From a virus, in the IMG/VR virus record IMGVR_UViG_3300037478_000520, positions 32,001-96,000 of that record: DNA of 64,000 bases; one strand, written 5' to 3'. The position numbers and the translations under genes are program-made. The notes beneath the pieces were generated by a model, which saw only the letters and a program-made list of their open reading frames with translations, searched no databases and was not told the origin of the DNA. The first letter of the stretch is position 1; each line of letters opens with the position of its first letter. This document shows, in pieces, positions 8,792-17,116 of this stretch.

Positions 8792-9138
8792 TCTTCATCA
8801 CACGCAAGGGCGCCGTGAGCGCACGCCCCGGTGAGCTCGGCATCATTCCCGGCAGCATGGGCGCCCGTTCCTACATCGTCCGCGGCAAGGGCAACCCGGA
8901 AAGCTTCCATAGCTGCAGCCATGGCGCCGGCCGCGTCATGTCGCGCACGAAGGCGAAGGAGGTGTTCACGGTCGAAGACCACGCGCTGGCTACGGCTGGG
9001 GTCGAGTGCCGCAAGGATGAAGGCGTGCTCGACGAGACGCCCGGCGCGTACAAGGATATTGATGCTGTCATGGCTGCGCAGGAAGACCTGGTCGAGGTCG
9101 TGCACACGCTCAAGCAAGTGGTTTGCGTGAAGGGATGA
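8792..9138 (+). pseudogene. rtcB: rtcB C-terminal fragment truncated by the IS end
   Basis: FITRKGAV.A, GIIPGSMGA.SYIVRG, HSCSHGAGR, DETPGAYKDI..VM..Q.DLV, LKQVVCVKG. Confidence 0.9.
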
Positions 9139-9142
9139 GCGA

Positions 9143-9547
9143 ATGGTGTGCTGGGAACACGGCCGCCAAGGAACCGGCTACCTCAAGCACAGGCTCGCAA
9201 GCGCCATGTGGCCGATCCCGTGGGACGTGTACTTGCTGAAGTTCCCGCCAGGCTCGCACATTCCAAGGCATCGGGATCTGTCCGTGCTTGGCCGTCACTA
9301 CCGCCTGAACGTGACACTGTGGAATGCGCACCCAAAGCACCCGTTCCAGTCCACAGGCTGGCTGTGGCGGGGATTTGGGCGCCGCGTGGTACTGTTCCGG
9401 CCGGACATTCACGCGCACGCTGTGCGGCGGATTGAGATCGGGACGCGGTACGTGTTGAGCTTTGGGTGGTTGTGCCGTGATCGTGATGGCCGCCAGCCCA
9501 TGGGGTCAGGAAGTTCTGAAGTTGCAGAAGGCTCTCGGCGCCTTTGA
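9143..9547 (+). CDS. 2OG-Fe(II) oxygenase-like protein
   Basis: HxD (RHRD), LFRPD..AHAV, TRYVLSFGW. Confidence 0.75.
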   Translation: MVCWEHGRQGTGYLKHRLASAMWPIPWDVYLLKFPPGSHIPRHRDLSVLGRHYRLNVTLWNAHPKHPFQSTGWLWRGFGRRVVLFRPDIHAHAVRRIEIGTRYVLSFGWLCRDRDGRQPMGSGSSEVAEGSRRL

Positions 9548-9556
9548 AGCCGAGAT
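9521..9556 (+). CRISPR. Solo degenerate CRISPR repeat
   Basis: GTTGCAGAAGGCTCTCGGCGCCTTTGAAGCCGAGAT, close to the array consensus with both helices intact. Confidence 0.85.
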
Positions 9557-9583
9557 TGACCCAAAGCCGGACTGGGCGACCTT

Positions 9584-9892
9584 TTAAAGCCCCACATCCC
9601 TCTTCATCGCGTCGAGCATCTCTTTGGCCTTCACCAGCCCAACGTTCAGAACTAGGCGGCGGAACGCGGCTTCATCACTGGAGGCATGCGTAGCGGGAAG
9701 CTTGCCACTGCTGTCACTGCCGCTGGCCCCTAGCGCATGTTTCTTTCCGGTGCTGCGCGCCGTGTAGACCTGGGCTACGGTCATCTGGATCCCTTCCTTC
9801 TTCGCCTTGTCCAGCACCTCTTTGGCGGACAGCGACAGTGGTTGAGAGCGGACCCACGCTGACTTGTTGACGGTCTTTTTCTTGTTTGCCAT
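9584..9892 (-). CDS. Small basic putative DNA-binding protein
   Basis: NKSAWVRSQP.S.SAKEV...AKKEG....AQVYTARS; Lys-rich. Confidence 0.7.
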   Translation of the reverse strand: MANKKKTVNKSAWVRSQPLSLSAKEVLDKAKKEGIQMTVAQVYTARSTGKKHALGASGSDSSGKLPATHASSDEAAFRRLVLNVGLVKAKEMLDAMKRDVGL

Positions 9893-9934
9893 AGCGGGCG
9901 CTATTAAACGCACCGCGAAGTCCCCGTCAACAAC

Positions 9935-9970
9935 AAAAAAACCCCCTGACCGCGCAAGGCGACCAGGGGG
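9935..9970 (-). terminator. Intrinsic terminator downstream of CRISPR array 1
   Basis: Minus strand CCCCCTGGTCGC-cttgc-GCGGTCAGGGGG followed by T7. Confidence 0.85.
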
Positions 9971-10017
9971 ATCAGAGATTCTTCAATGTCGTTCTGCTAG
10001 TTGGCAGGCTTGCCCGC

Positions 10018-10560
10018 CAAAGGCGCCGAGGGCCTTGTGCGACGTGCCGTGCTCGCAGTGCCAGAGCTTCCTTGCACCCTTGTCTCAGCTTCAAAGGCGC
10101 TGAGGGCCTTGTGCGACGGTCAGGGAAGTAGTGCGAGAGGTGCGCGTAGCCAAGTCTCAGCTTCAAAGGCGCTGAGGGCCTTGTGCGACGGCCGCCTCGT
10201 CCAGCACGTCCTTGTTCGGAGTTCGGTCTCAGCTTCAAAGGCGCTGAGGGCCTTGTGCGACCGCGAGGAGGCCGCCTGTCGAAGCGCCACAGATGAGGTG
10301 TCTCAGCTTCAAAGGCGCTGAGGGCCTTGTGCGACTCAACCGCCCTGCGGCGAGGGCCGCAAGTACCACCCTCATGTCTCAGCTTCAAAGGCGCTGAGGG
10401 CCTTGTGCGACTCGGCGATCACCTCGGCCATCACGTACCGTCGGTGCTCGCGTCTCAGCTTCAAAGGCGCTGAGGGCCTTGTGCGACTACCCGAGTCCGG
10501 CGCGCGCCACCGCGCTCGCCCCACGTCTCAGCTTCAAAGGCGCTGAGGGCCTTGTGCGAC
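10018..10560 (-). CRISPR. CRISPR array 1 (orphan): 7 full plus 1 truncated repeat, 7 spacers
   Basis: Minus-strand repeat GTCGCACAAGGCCCTCAGCGCCTTTGAAGCTGAGAC (36 nt); spacers 36-40 nt; leader at 10561-10752. Confidence 0.97.
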
Positions 10561-10752
10561 CGCTTCGTCAGATTGTCAAAGATCCCAAGCGCTTGCAAGC
10601 CGGTTTGCGAGAGCCTGTCGCTACGCGCTACAGGACGTCTACCACGGAAGCTGCTTTGGGCTGACGACCATCGGATTTCGCTAATATCCCCGCATTCTTA
10701 GCCAGTTTGCGAGCGGTCCCCGGGGTTGGCGCGCCGCCGGACCTCTCGCGAA
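10561..10752 (-). promoter_or_regulatory. CRISPR leader 1
   Basis: Near-identical reverse complement of 24472-24663. Confidence 0.85.
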
Positions 10753-10806
10753 TTTTAGCGTAGTTAATCTGCATTGGTCCAGCGCCCGATTCGTCAGAGT
10801 TACTCG

Positions 10807-11259
10807 TCAACGGTTGATTTCAGCCGGTTCAGCGTCCGCGACCTCTTGGATGGCTTCGATCCCTGCGAATGGGTCTTCTTGCACGCCAGCGGCGTCCGCC
10901 TTCTCGCGCACCTGCTCGATCGACCTCGCCATCTGCTTGCGACGCTGCGGATTTCGCCTGACCTGCTCAGCTTGTGCCGAGAGCAACACGTTGAGTTTAC
11001 CGTTCACGACCGCGTCTCTCACCGCGGCGTCCTTATCGATCTTGGCGATGGCCGCGGTCTGGTCATCGTTCACTTGAGTATTCCGCGCAACCTCTACCAC
11101 GATCGATGATGGGGCTGCTCGGCTGACAGCCTTCTCGACATCGCTCGTTGTCGCGAGATCAACAAGAAAGGTAGCGGCACCAGAGCCCGCAGCCACCACG
11201 CCAACGGCGATTGAGAGTGCCTTCGCGATCCCACCACCGGTGGTCAGGTTGAAGTCCAT
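10807..11259 (-). CDS. Membrane-anchored coiled-coil protein
   Basis: GGAGG SD, N-terminal TM helix; last gene of the late cluster. Confidence 0.7.
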   Translation of the reverse strand: MDFNLTTGGGIAKALSIAVGVVAAGSGAATFLVDLATTSDVEKAVSRAAPSSIVVEVARNTQVNDDQTAAIAKIDKDAAVRDAVVNGKLNVLLSAQAEQVRRNPQRRKQMARSIEQVREKADAAGVQEDPFAGIEAIQEVADAEPAEINR

Positions 11260-11279
11260 ACGCGCCTCCTATCCATTTT

Positions 11280-11600
11280 TCAAATTGAAGGTTCAATCGT
11301 GACCGAGATCCGTTGCGACTTCGATGTCGAGCCGTTGGAGTGCTGCACGGTGAACTGCGCCAGGTAGCGGCCGGAGACCAACACGTCAGCGGGCAATCGC
11401 GTGTACTCGATCACGCCTCCGGGAAGAATGTCCGCGGATGCGTCGTCGACCACAACTCGCCCCGTGTCTCGGTGCACGAGCCGAAACGTAGCGCTAATCG
11501 CATCTTCCAGAACGAGGTTGTGCTCTGTGGCATTGACGGACCACTGCCCGTGCGTCTCGCCAGTCTGGACCTTTTTGAAACTACTCTCGGTTGCTGGCAT
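11280..11600 (-). CDS. BppU-like virion/baseplate protein
   Basis: G.IEY....D....GRYLAQFTV.H.NG pattern. Confidence 0.65.
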   Translation of the reverse strand: MPATESSFKKVQTGETHGQWSVNATEHNLVLEDAISATFRLVHRDTGRVVVDDASADILPGGVIEYTRLPADVLVSGRYLAQFTVQHSNGSTSKSQRISVTIEPSI

Positions 11601-11609
11601 GGCTCACAC

Positions 11610-13850
11610 CTATCCGTTCACAGAGAATTTCACGCCGCGGTCACCGTGTCGACTCGACGGCTTCACCACGAGCGGCATGGGGATCACGCTGGTGTTGACC
11701 ACGAGTGCTGGTGAGACCACCTTTTGGGGCGCCTTGGTGAGTGTGGGGCCGAATACCTGCGACGTGCTCTCGACCAGGTCCGGCGGTCCAACCAGCGGAG
11801 CGACGTCGGGTTCAAAGACAACGCTCGAACTCGGCGTGAGTGCGGGCGCCACTTCCGCTGGCGCCACCTTGGCGATGGTCGGCGCAAACACCTGCGACGT
11901 GCTCGACACGGCGTTCGGTAGGACGCTCGGTGCGACCGCCTTCGCAACCGTAGCCCCGAATACCGTCGAGCCACTGGGTACCAGGTTGGGTGCCGCCACA
12001 GGCACGGGGATAGCCGTCACATAGGGCGGCAACACCACCGCGAAATTGCCCACGAGGCTGGGCGATACCGTCTTTGGAGTCGCCTTGGAGACCGTCGGAG
12101 CGTAAACGGTGCTGGTACTGGCCACGATGTCCGGGAACATCTGGATGAGCTGCCCAACATCCGGCTCGAACACCTGCGATGTGCTCGGCACGAGTCCAGG
12201 TTCGACGGCCGGGACGGCTGCCTTGGCGACGGCGGGCGACGCAACGGTCGATGTGCTCGGCGTAAGTCCAGGCTGGACGCTTGCGGGGGTCGCCTTCGCG
12301 ATGGTCGGCGCAAACACTTGCGACGTGCTCGACACGGCGTCTGGCTCGACGCTGGCTGGCGTCGCGAGTGCCACGGTGGGTGCAAACACCTGGGATGAAC
12401 TGGAGACCGCATCGGGGACAACGCTCGCAGGGGTCGCCTTGGCGACGGTCGGGGCGAACACCGTGGACGAACTCGGAACCAGGTCAGGGGCCACGTCCCC
12501 GTCGTCGATTGCCACGGTGGGCCCGAAGACTTGCGACGTGCTCGCAACAACGTCCGGTTCGACGATGGCCGGCGTGGCTTTTGCTACCGTCGGACCGAAG
12601 ACCTGCGCAGTGCTCGCGACAAGGTCGGGTGGGCCGACTTCCTTGGGGGTCGCCTTGGCTACCGTCGGAGCGAAGACCTGCGCGGTGGATGCGACCAGGT
12701 CCGGTTGCACCTGCGGAACAGTTGCCTTGGCTACCGTCGGGCCGAAGACGGTCGCAGTGCTCGCCACCGCGTCGGGCTGCACTGATTGTGGCGTTGCTTT
12801 TGCCACGGTCGGTTGAAAGACCGTGGATGAACTCGGGACGATGTCTGGCTGCGCCGTCAGATCAGACAGCGCGACCGTCGGGCCGAAGACCGAAGAAGTG
12901 CTCGCAACCAGGTCCGGCTGCACCGATGCGGGAGTCGCCTTGGCAACCGTCGGGCTGAAGACCTGGGATGAACTCGCTACCGCATTCGGCTGCACTGACG
13001 CCGGCGTCGCCTTGGCGACGGTCGGCCCAAAGACTTGCGCAGTCGAAGCCACAGCGTTCGGCTGCACACTTGCTGGCGTGGCCTTCGCGACCGTCGGCCC
13101 GAAGACAGAGGATGTGCTCGCGATAAGATCAGGAGGACCGACCTCGATGTCGCCGCCTGGCGTGATGTACTTGGCCTCGAGGTACGCGCTGTTCGTGGCG
13201 ACGTCTGTGTCATCATGGACGACGTCGTAAAAGATCGCCGCGCACGCTCTGAAGTGCTGAAAGCTGCCGTTGAGCGAACGCCCGAACCGCGCGGTGTCCA
13301 TCGACGTTGCGCCAGTGAAGACGTCTGACGCCGTCACGACGTTGACCTCAACGCCGTTCTTGTAGAACGTCATCGCGTTGCCGACGTCGACAAGCGTTAC
13401 AGCCCAGACAGCCCACTCCACGAAGTCACCAGCCGTGGCAGCGTAGATTGCTCCAGAAATGTTGATCTCAAGCCGATCCGGAGCGTCCTGCGCCATGATC
13501 AACGGGAACGCTTGGTCTGCCTGGTTGCGGCCGTAGTTGAAGCCGACCTCGTCGGCGCCGTCATCGTAGTAGTATCCGACCTGATAGATGGTCCGATCTG
13601 AGTCTTGGTTGGGCAGGCCAGTCGGGCTAGCTTTCTCCAGCGACTCGTCGGTGCCGTTGAAGTCGACGTAATCGGCTCCGCTCGGCGTTCCACCAGCAAC
13701 TAACTCGCCACCGATGTCAGAACCGATAGGCGTGAAGTCGTTGCCCTGACCGCTTGAATCGGCCCACTCCGTGACTTCGGTCCCATCGAGCGAGATGCCG
13801 GTGTCGGACTCGAGATCAATCCGTCGGTTGGCCGTGATCGGCGTCGTCAC
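11610..13850 (-). CDS. Virion protein: LamG/ConA-like head plus about 19 tandem ~26-aa repeats
   Basis: Repeats of VQPDxVASTSQVFGPTVAKATPAS. Confidence 0.85.
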   Translation of the reverse strand: MTTPITANRRIDLESDTGISLDGTEVTEWADSSGQGNDFTPIGSDIGGELVAGGTPSGADYVDFNGTDESLEKASPTGLPNQDSDRTIYQVGYYYDDGADEVGFNYGRNQADQAFPLIMAQDAPDRLEINISGAIYAATAGDFVEWAVWAVTLVDVGNAMTFYKNGVEVNVVTASDVFTGATSMDTARFGRSLNGSFQHFRACAAIFYDVVHDDTDVATNSAYLEAKYITPGGDIEVGPPDLIASTSSVFGPTVAKATPASVQPNAVASTAQVFGPTVAKATPASVQPNAVASSSQVFSPTVAKATPASVQPDLVASTSSVFGPTVALSDLTAQPDIVPSSSTVFQPTVAKATPQSVQPDAVASTATVFGPTVAKATVPQVQPDLVASTAQVFAPTVAKATPKEVGPPDLVASTAQVFGPTVAKATPAIVEPDVVASTSQVFGPTVAIDDGDVAPDLVPSSSTVFAPTVAKATPASVVPDAVSSSSQVFAPTVALATPASVEPDAVSSTSQVFAPTIAKATPASVQPGLTPSTSTVASPAVAKAAVPAVEPGLVPSTSQVFEPDVGQLIQMFPDIVASTSTVYAPTVSKATPKTVSPSLVGNFAVVLPPYVTAIPVPVAAPNLVPSGSTVFGATVAKAVAPSVLPNAVSSTSQVFAPTIAKVAPAEVAPALTPSSSVVFEPDVAPLVGPPDLVESTSQVFGPTLTKAPQKVVSPALVVNTSVIPMPLVVKPSSRHGDRGVKFSVNG

Positions 13851-14563
13851 GTGCGGCCTCGACTCGCGGCGGCGCGCAACCGGTCGCGCTCAGCGCGAAG
13901 GGCGTTGGTCTCCGCACGCTGCCTGGCGATCTCCTCTGGAGGCGGATCTCGCTGCAACCGCTCCTGCTCTTCGACCTCCGACATCTTGCTGTCGAATCGC
14001 CCAGCGATCGAAGCGCGAACAACCACGTCGCCAGCCGTGACAAGGAACTGCTGCGGGCGAGCGAGGGGAACGCCGTTGCTATCCACGCGGCCGTCGGGCG
14101 CAAGCCGCAAGTATCCAAGCAGCGCGCGCGCGCGGTGTGCCGCCTGCGCGCCGGCTACCTCCCCCTTCTCTCGGAGATTGGTGAGCGCCTCGGCCTTGGC
14201 GATGTCCGGATCAGCGCAGACAGCAATCGGTCGCCCGGCCCAGCGCTCGAAGTTGGCCACGTTTCCGCGACGTGGATTTCGCGCAATCCGCACGATAGCC
14301 CCGTCCCCAGCATCAACCGGAAACGCTTCCAGTCCTCGAGCCTCGACGGTGTTCCACCACCACGCTCGACGATCCTCGTTGAACGTGATCGGCCCACCGA
14401 GCGTCGGCAACGGCTCTCCGAGTGCCACCCAACGCGGCCAACGTGCCGCAGCAAGAGCCGCCCACTCCGCGTGCTTATCCGCGTAGTGCTGGCACCATGC
14501 CGCAGCGCGAAGGCGCGACAGCATGATCGCGTCTGGCACCTCGATGTAGCGGTACTCGGGCAT
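13847..14563 (-). CDS. Hypothetical protein
   Basis: 238-aa ORF, GAGG SD, GTGA coupling to the next gene. Confidence 0.65.
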   Translation of the reverse strand: MPEYRYIEVPDAIMLSRLRAAAWCQHYADKHAEWAALAAARWPRWVALGEPLPTLGGPITFNEDRRAWWWNTVEARGLEAFPVDAGDGAIVRIARNPRRGNVANFERWAGRPIAVCADPDIAKAEALTNLREKGEVAGAQAAHRARALLGYLRLAPDGRVDSNGVPLARPQQFLVTAGDVVVRASIAGRFDSKMSEVEEQERLQRDPPPEEIARQRAETNALRAERDRLRAAASRGRT

Positions 14564-14649
14564 GGGGTGCGCCTCACATAGAAAAAAATCGCGCCCAACG
14601 CAGACGCCGATATACGATCGGTATCTGCGCCAGGCGCGTGGATGAGAAC

Positions 14650-15075
14650 TTAGAGTTGCCCGATTCCGGAGCCGTTCCAGGTGATGTTGACGTTGCCACC
14701 GTCAGGTGGTTGCGTCATACCGGTTCCGGTATCGATCCACATGATCAACGTCGAAGTGCCAGCCGTGCCCGTCCACTTGTAGATCAAACAGGCTTCGAAC
14801 TCGTCGCCAGTAACCGACGTGATCGTTGTATCTGCCGCGTCAAAGACAGCCGTGTCGCTGATCGTCTTGGAAGCCAGCGCAACGCCATCGCTGCCAGCAT
14901 TGCCGCCGCCAGCCCCAACCATGGCGCCAGCAGCGATATCGGCGATGTCCTGGTCCGCGGCGTTGTACGTCTCATCGCCGGTATCGATGAAGATGACGCG
15001 GATGTCGTCTGCCAATAGGTCGATGTTGCCGCGCGCAACCTCGGCTTTCCCGAATGGGTACCACGCATTTGCCAT
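14650..15075 (-). CDS. Conserved virion structural protein
   Basis: MANAWY..GK....G.IDL..DDIRV, FDAAD, PDGGNVNITW. Confidence 0.75.
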   Translation of the reverse strand: MANAWYPFGKAEVARGNIDLLADDIRVIFIDTGDETYNAADQDIADIAAGAMVGAGGGNAGSDGVALASKTISDTAVFDAADTTITSVTGDEFEACLIYKWTGTAGTSTLIMWIDTGTGMTQPPDGGNVNITWNGSGIGQL

Positions 15076-15107
15076 TGCTGAGTTCTCCTAATGCAGGCGG
15101 TGCGCGG

Positions 15108-15308
15108 TCAGCGCTTCCCGCGAAAAAGGCTGAAGCGCGAAAGGAATCCGAGGATTGCCGAGGTGATCGGCTTCACGACCTCGTCGTCGCGCTTGGTTGG
15201 AGTTGCGTCGACGAATGCGTCAACCACAGTGCAGATAGCAACCAGGAGCGTCACCACCGCGGAGACGTACGTCACCCAGTCGATCTCAAGGATCGATTCG
15301 ATACTCAT
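15108..15308 (-). CDS. Holin-like membrane protein
   Basis: Hydrophobic, TPTKRDD motif, basic tail, next to the endolysin. Confidence 0.7.
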   Translation of the reverse strand: MSIESILEIDWVTYVSAVVTLLVAICTVVDAFVDATPTKRDDEVVKPITSAILGFLSRFSLFRGKR

Positions 15309-15342
15309 TGCTGAACCTCTGAGTTAGCGCCGAGCTTTTAGG

Positions 15343-16185
15343 TCAGCGCGTGGTCTCATTCTTCGGCGCGCGAACGTCCACTGTTCCGCGTTCCCAGTTG
15401 TCCCGCTGCTCGTGCAAAGGAAACCAGTTCACGTACCCCGTGATCGTTTCTCGTGAACGCTTGCTAGCGCGAAATGCATTTCCGTAGTTTCCCTCAAGCC
15501 CGTTCACGTGCGTGTCATCGACGCGCACCACCGTGAACTTGTGACCCTTCTGAGTGAGATCCCCGGTCGGGTCGCGATACAGAATGACCGCTTGGTCTCC
15601 AGGAGTCGGTGACAACGTCAATTGGCCTAAGTCACGCGCCGCGAGGTACGACTGGTAGCAGCTCCCCATCTTTTGACCTTTGGGGTGCTTCGCGCTGACG
15701 TGTGGGTAGCAACCCGTCGCGTTGTAGGCGATTTGGTCAGCGCAGAATGCGCACCACGGCGGGCCCTTCTTCGCGGCCATCGCGCCTGTGGTGCGCCACT
15801 TCGGAAGGCACGTATCGATCAGCGGCCCGCGGTTGCTGCCGATCGGCACCTCGCGGACGTCGGCATCGAGCCACCGCATGGCTTCTTTGAGAACCGCGCG
15901 CCGCATCGGCGTCAATCCAGATGGAATCGTGATCCCGTGGGTCGTGTGCTCCTCGACATGCGGGTCTCGCTTCAGCGACCACCACGTCTTGGGTCCGACG
16001 ACGCCGTCCACTTCAAGAGGCAGCCCATCCGGGCCGCTGTGGGTCTGCTGGAACTCTACGACAGCGTCTCGCAGGTCGATGTCAAACTCGTCAGAGTCGC
16101 GTGCGTCGCACATGCCGAACTCGCGGAGGAACCCGCGCACGTAGCGAACCTCGGTTGCCTTGTCTTGGTAACGAAGCGTCAGCAT
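15343..16185 (-). CDS. Endolysin: peptidoglycan-binding domain plus CHAP amidase
   Basis: AVVEFQ...L.VDGVVGPKTW; GSNRGP.ID; PWCA; GH; LEGN. Confidence 0.88.
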   Translation of the reverse strand: MLTLRYQDKATEVRYVRGFLREFGMCDARDSDEFDIDLRDAVVEFQQTHSGPDGLPLEVDGVVGPKTWWSLKRDPHVEEHTTHGITIPSGLTPMRRAVLKEAMRWLDADVREVPIGSNRGPLIDTCLPKWRTTGAMAAKKGPPWCAFCADQIAYNATGCYPHVSAKHPKGQKMGSCYQSYLAARDLGQLTLSPTPGDQAVILYRDPTGDLTQKGHKFTVVRVDDTHVNGLEGNYGNAFRASKRSRETITGYVNWFPLHEQRDNWERGTVDVRAPKNETTR

Positions 16186-16204
16186 GTTCGTGGTGGTCAG
16201 GCGG

Positions 16205-17116
16205 TCAGTTTGTGAGTGCGTTAGGAAAGTGAAAAGCTAACCACGCGTCGATCTCGGCCTCTTGATCGGCAGTTGGGTTGCCCCCGAAGCAAATGAACGC
16301 TGCCGCAATCTGCACGGTGCGTGACGAGTTGTTGGTGAACAGCTCGATGATTGTCGTGTCCTCGATTGCTTCTCCCCAATCGTAGCCATTCGAGCCCGCC
16401 GAACTGGACACCGGTGCACGCTGGCCGACCTGAAGAGAGTGCACGTGGCTGGAGTTGAGCCGGAAGCGCACGATCTGAAACTTGGTGGAGTCCAACGGCG
16501 TGGCAGCGGCCGATCCGATCGAGTGCGCGTGACCGCTGCCAGCCGAGGTGAGCGCCCATGCGGTCTGGCTTGCGTGACGATGCAGGGTGACGAGTTCGCC
16601 TGTGCCCGGGTTGCCGAAGGCGACGACCTGGGAGTTTCCAGTCAGGTCTAGCGGTTTTGCAATCGCAAACCCGAACATCGTCCCTGGATATGAGACGTTG
16701 CCGTTGTCTGATATTGCGTAGCCGAGCACCACTCCAACGCTAGATAGCGACGCAACACTCGGAGCGTCCGACAAATAGTACGATGGCACGGAGCGCATGT
16801 CCGTGCTGGCGGTTAGTGCCCTGCGCGGACGGGCCGCATCGCTGGCCGACGTAAGCGAAACCGGTTGGTATAGAATAGGCAACGAGCTTTCTTCAGGCTT
16901 ACCAATCTGATTTCTTGACTCCCATTCATCAACATTTACTGGCCCATCCAGCGTGATCGCCGGGCCGTCATCGGCCAACCACAGAATCGGGTAAGCGCCG
17001 CCCGGTACCGTGGTGTTGGCCATCACCTGCGCCGGGTTGCGCAAGCCGACCTTCACGTTGCTTCGAACCTTCACGTGCGCGCGAAGGGTAGAACGAGCTG
17101 TATCTACGCCGCTCAT
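16205..17116 (-). CDS. Tail-associated beta-rich protein
   Basis: ATGA coupling downstream of the fibre gene. Confidence 0.65.
   Translation of the reverse strand: MSGVDTARSTLRAHVKVRSNVKVGLRNPAQVMANTTVPGGAYPILWLADDGPAITLDGPVNVDEWESRNQIGKPEESSLPILYQPVSLTSASDAARPRRALTASTDMRSVPSYYLSDAPSVASLSSVGVVLGYAISDNGNVSYPGTMFGFAIAKPLDLTGNSQVVAFGNPGTGELVTLHRHASQTAWALTSAGSGHAHSIGSAAATPLDSTKFQIVRFRLNSSHVHSLQVGQRAPVSSSAGSNGYDWGEAIEDTTIIELFTNNSSRTVQIAAAFICFGGNPTADQEAEIDAWLAFHFPNALTN

Noticed and set aside
9864-10810. ORFs across array 1 and its leader (likewise 24523-25258 and 61619-62585)
   Set aside because: They are translations of repeats and leaders. 10628-10810 resembles the cas12 tail only because the leader overlaps that gene.
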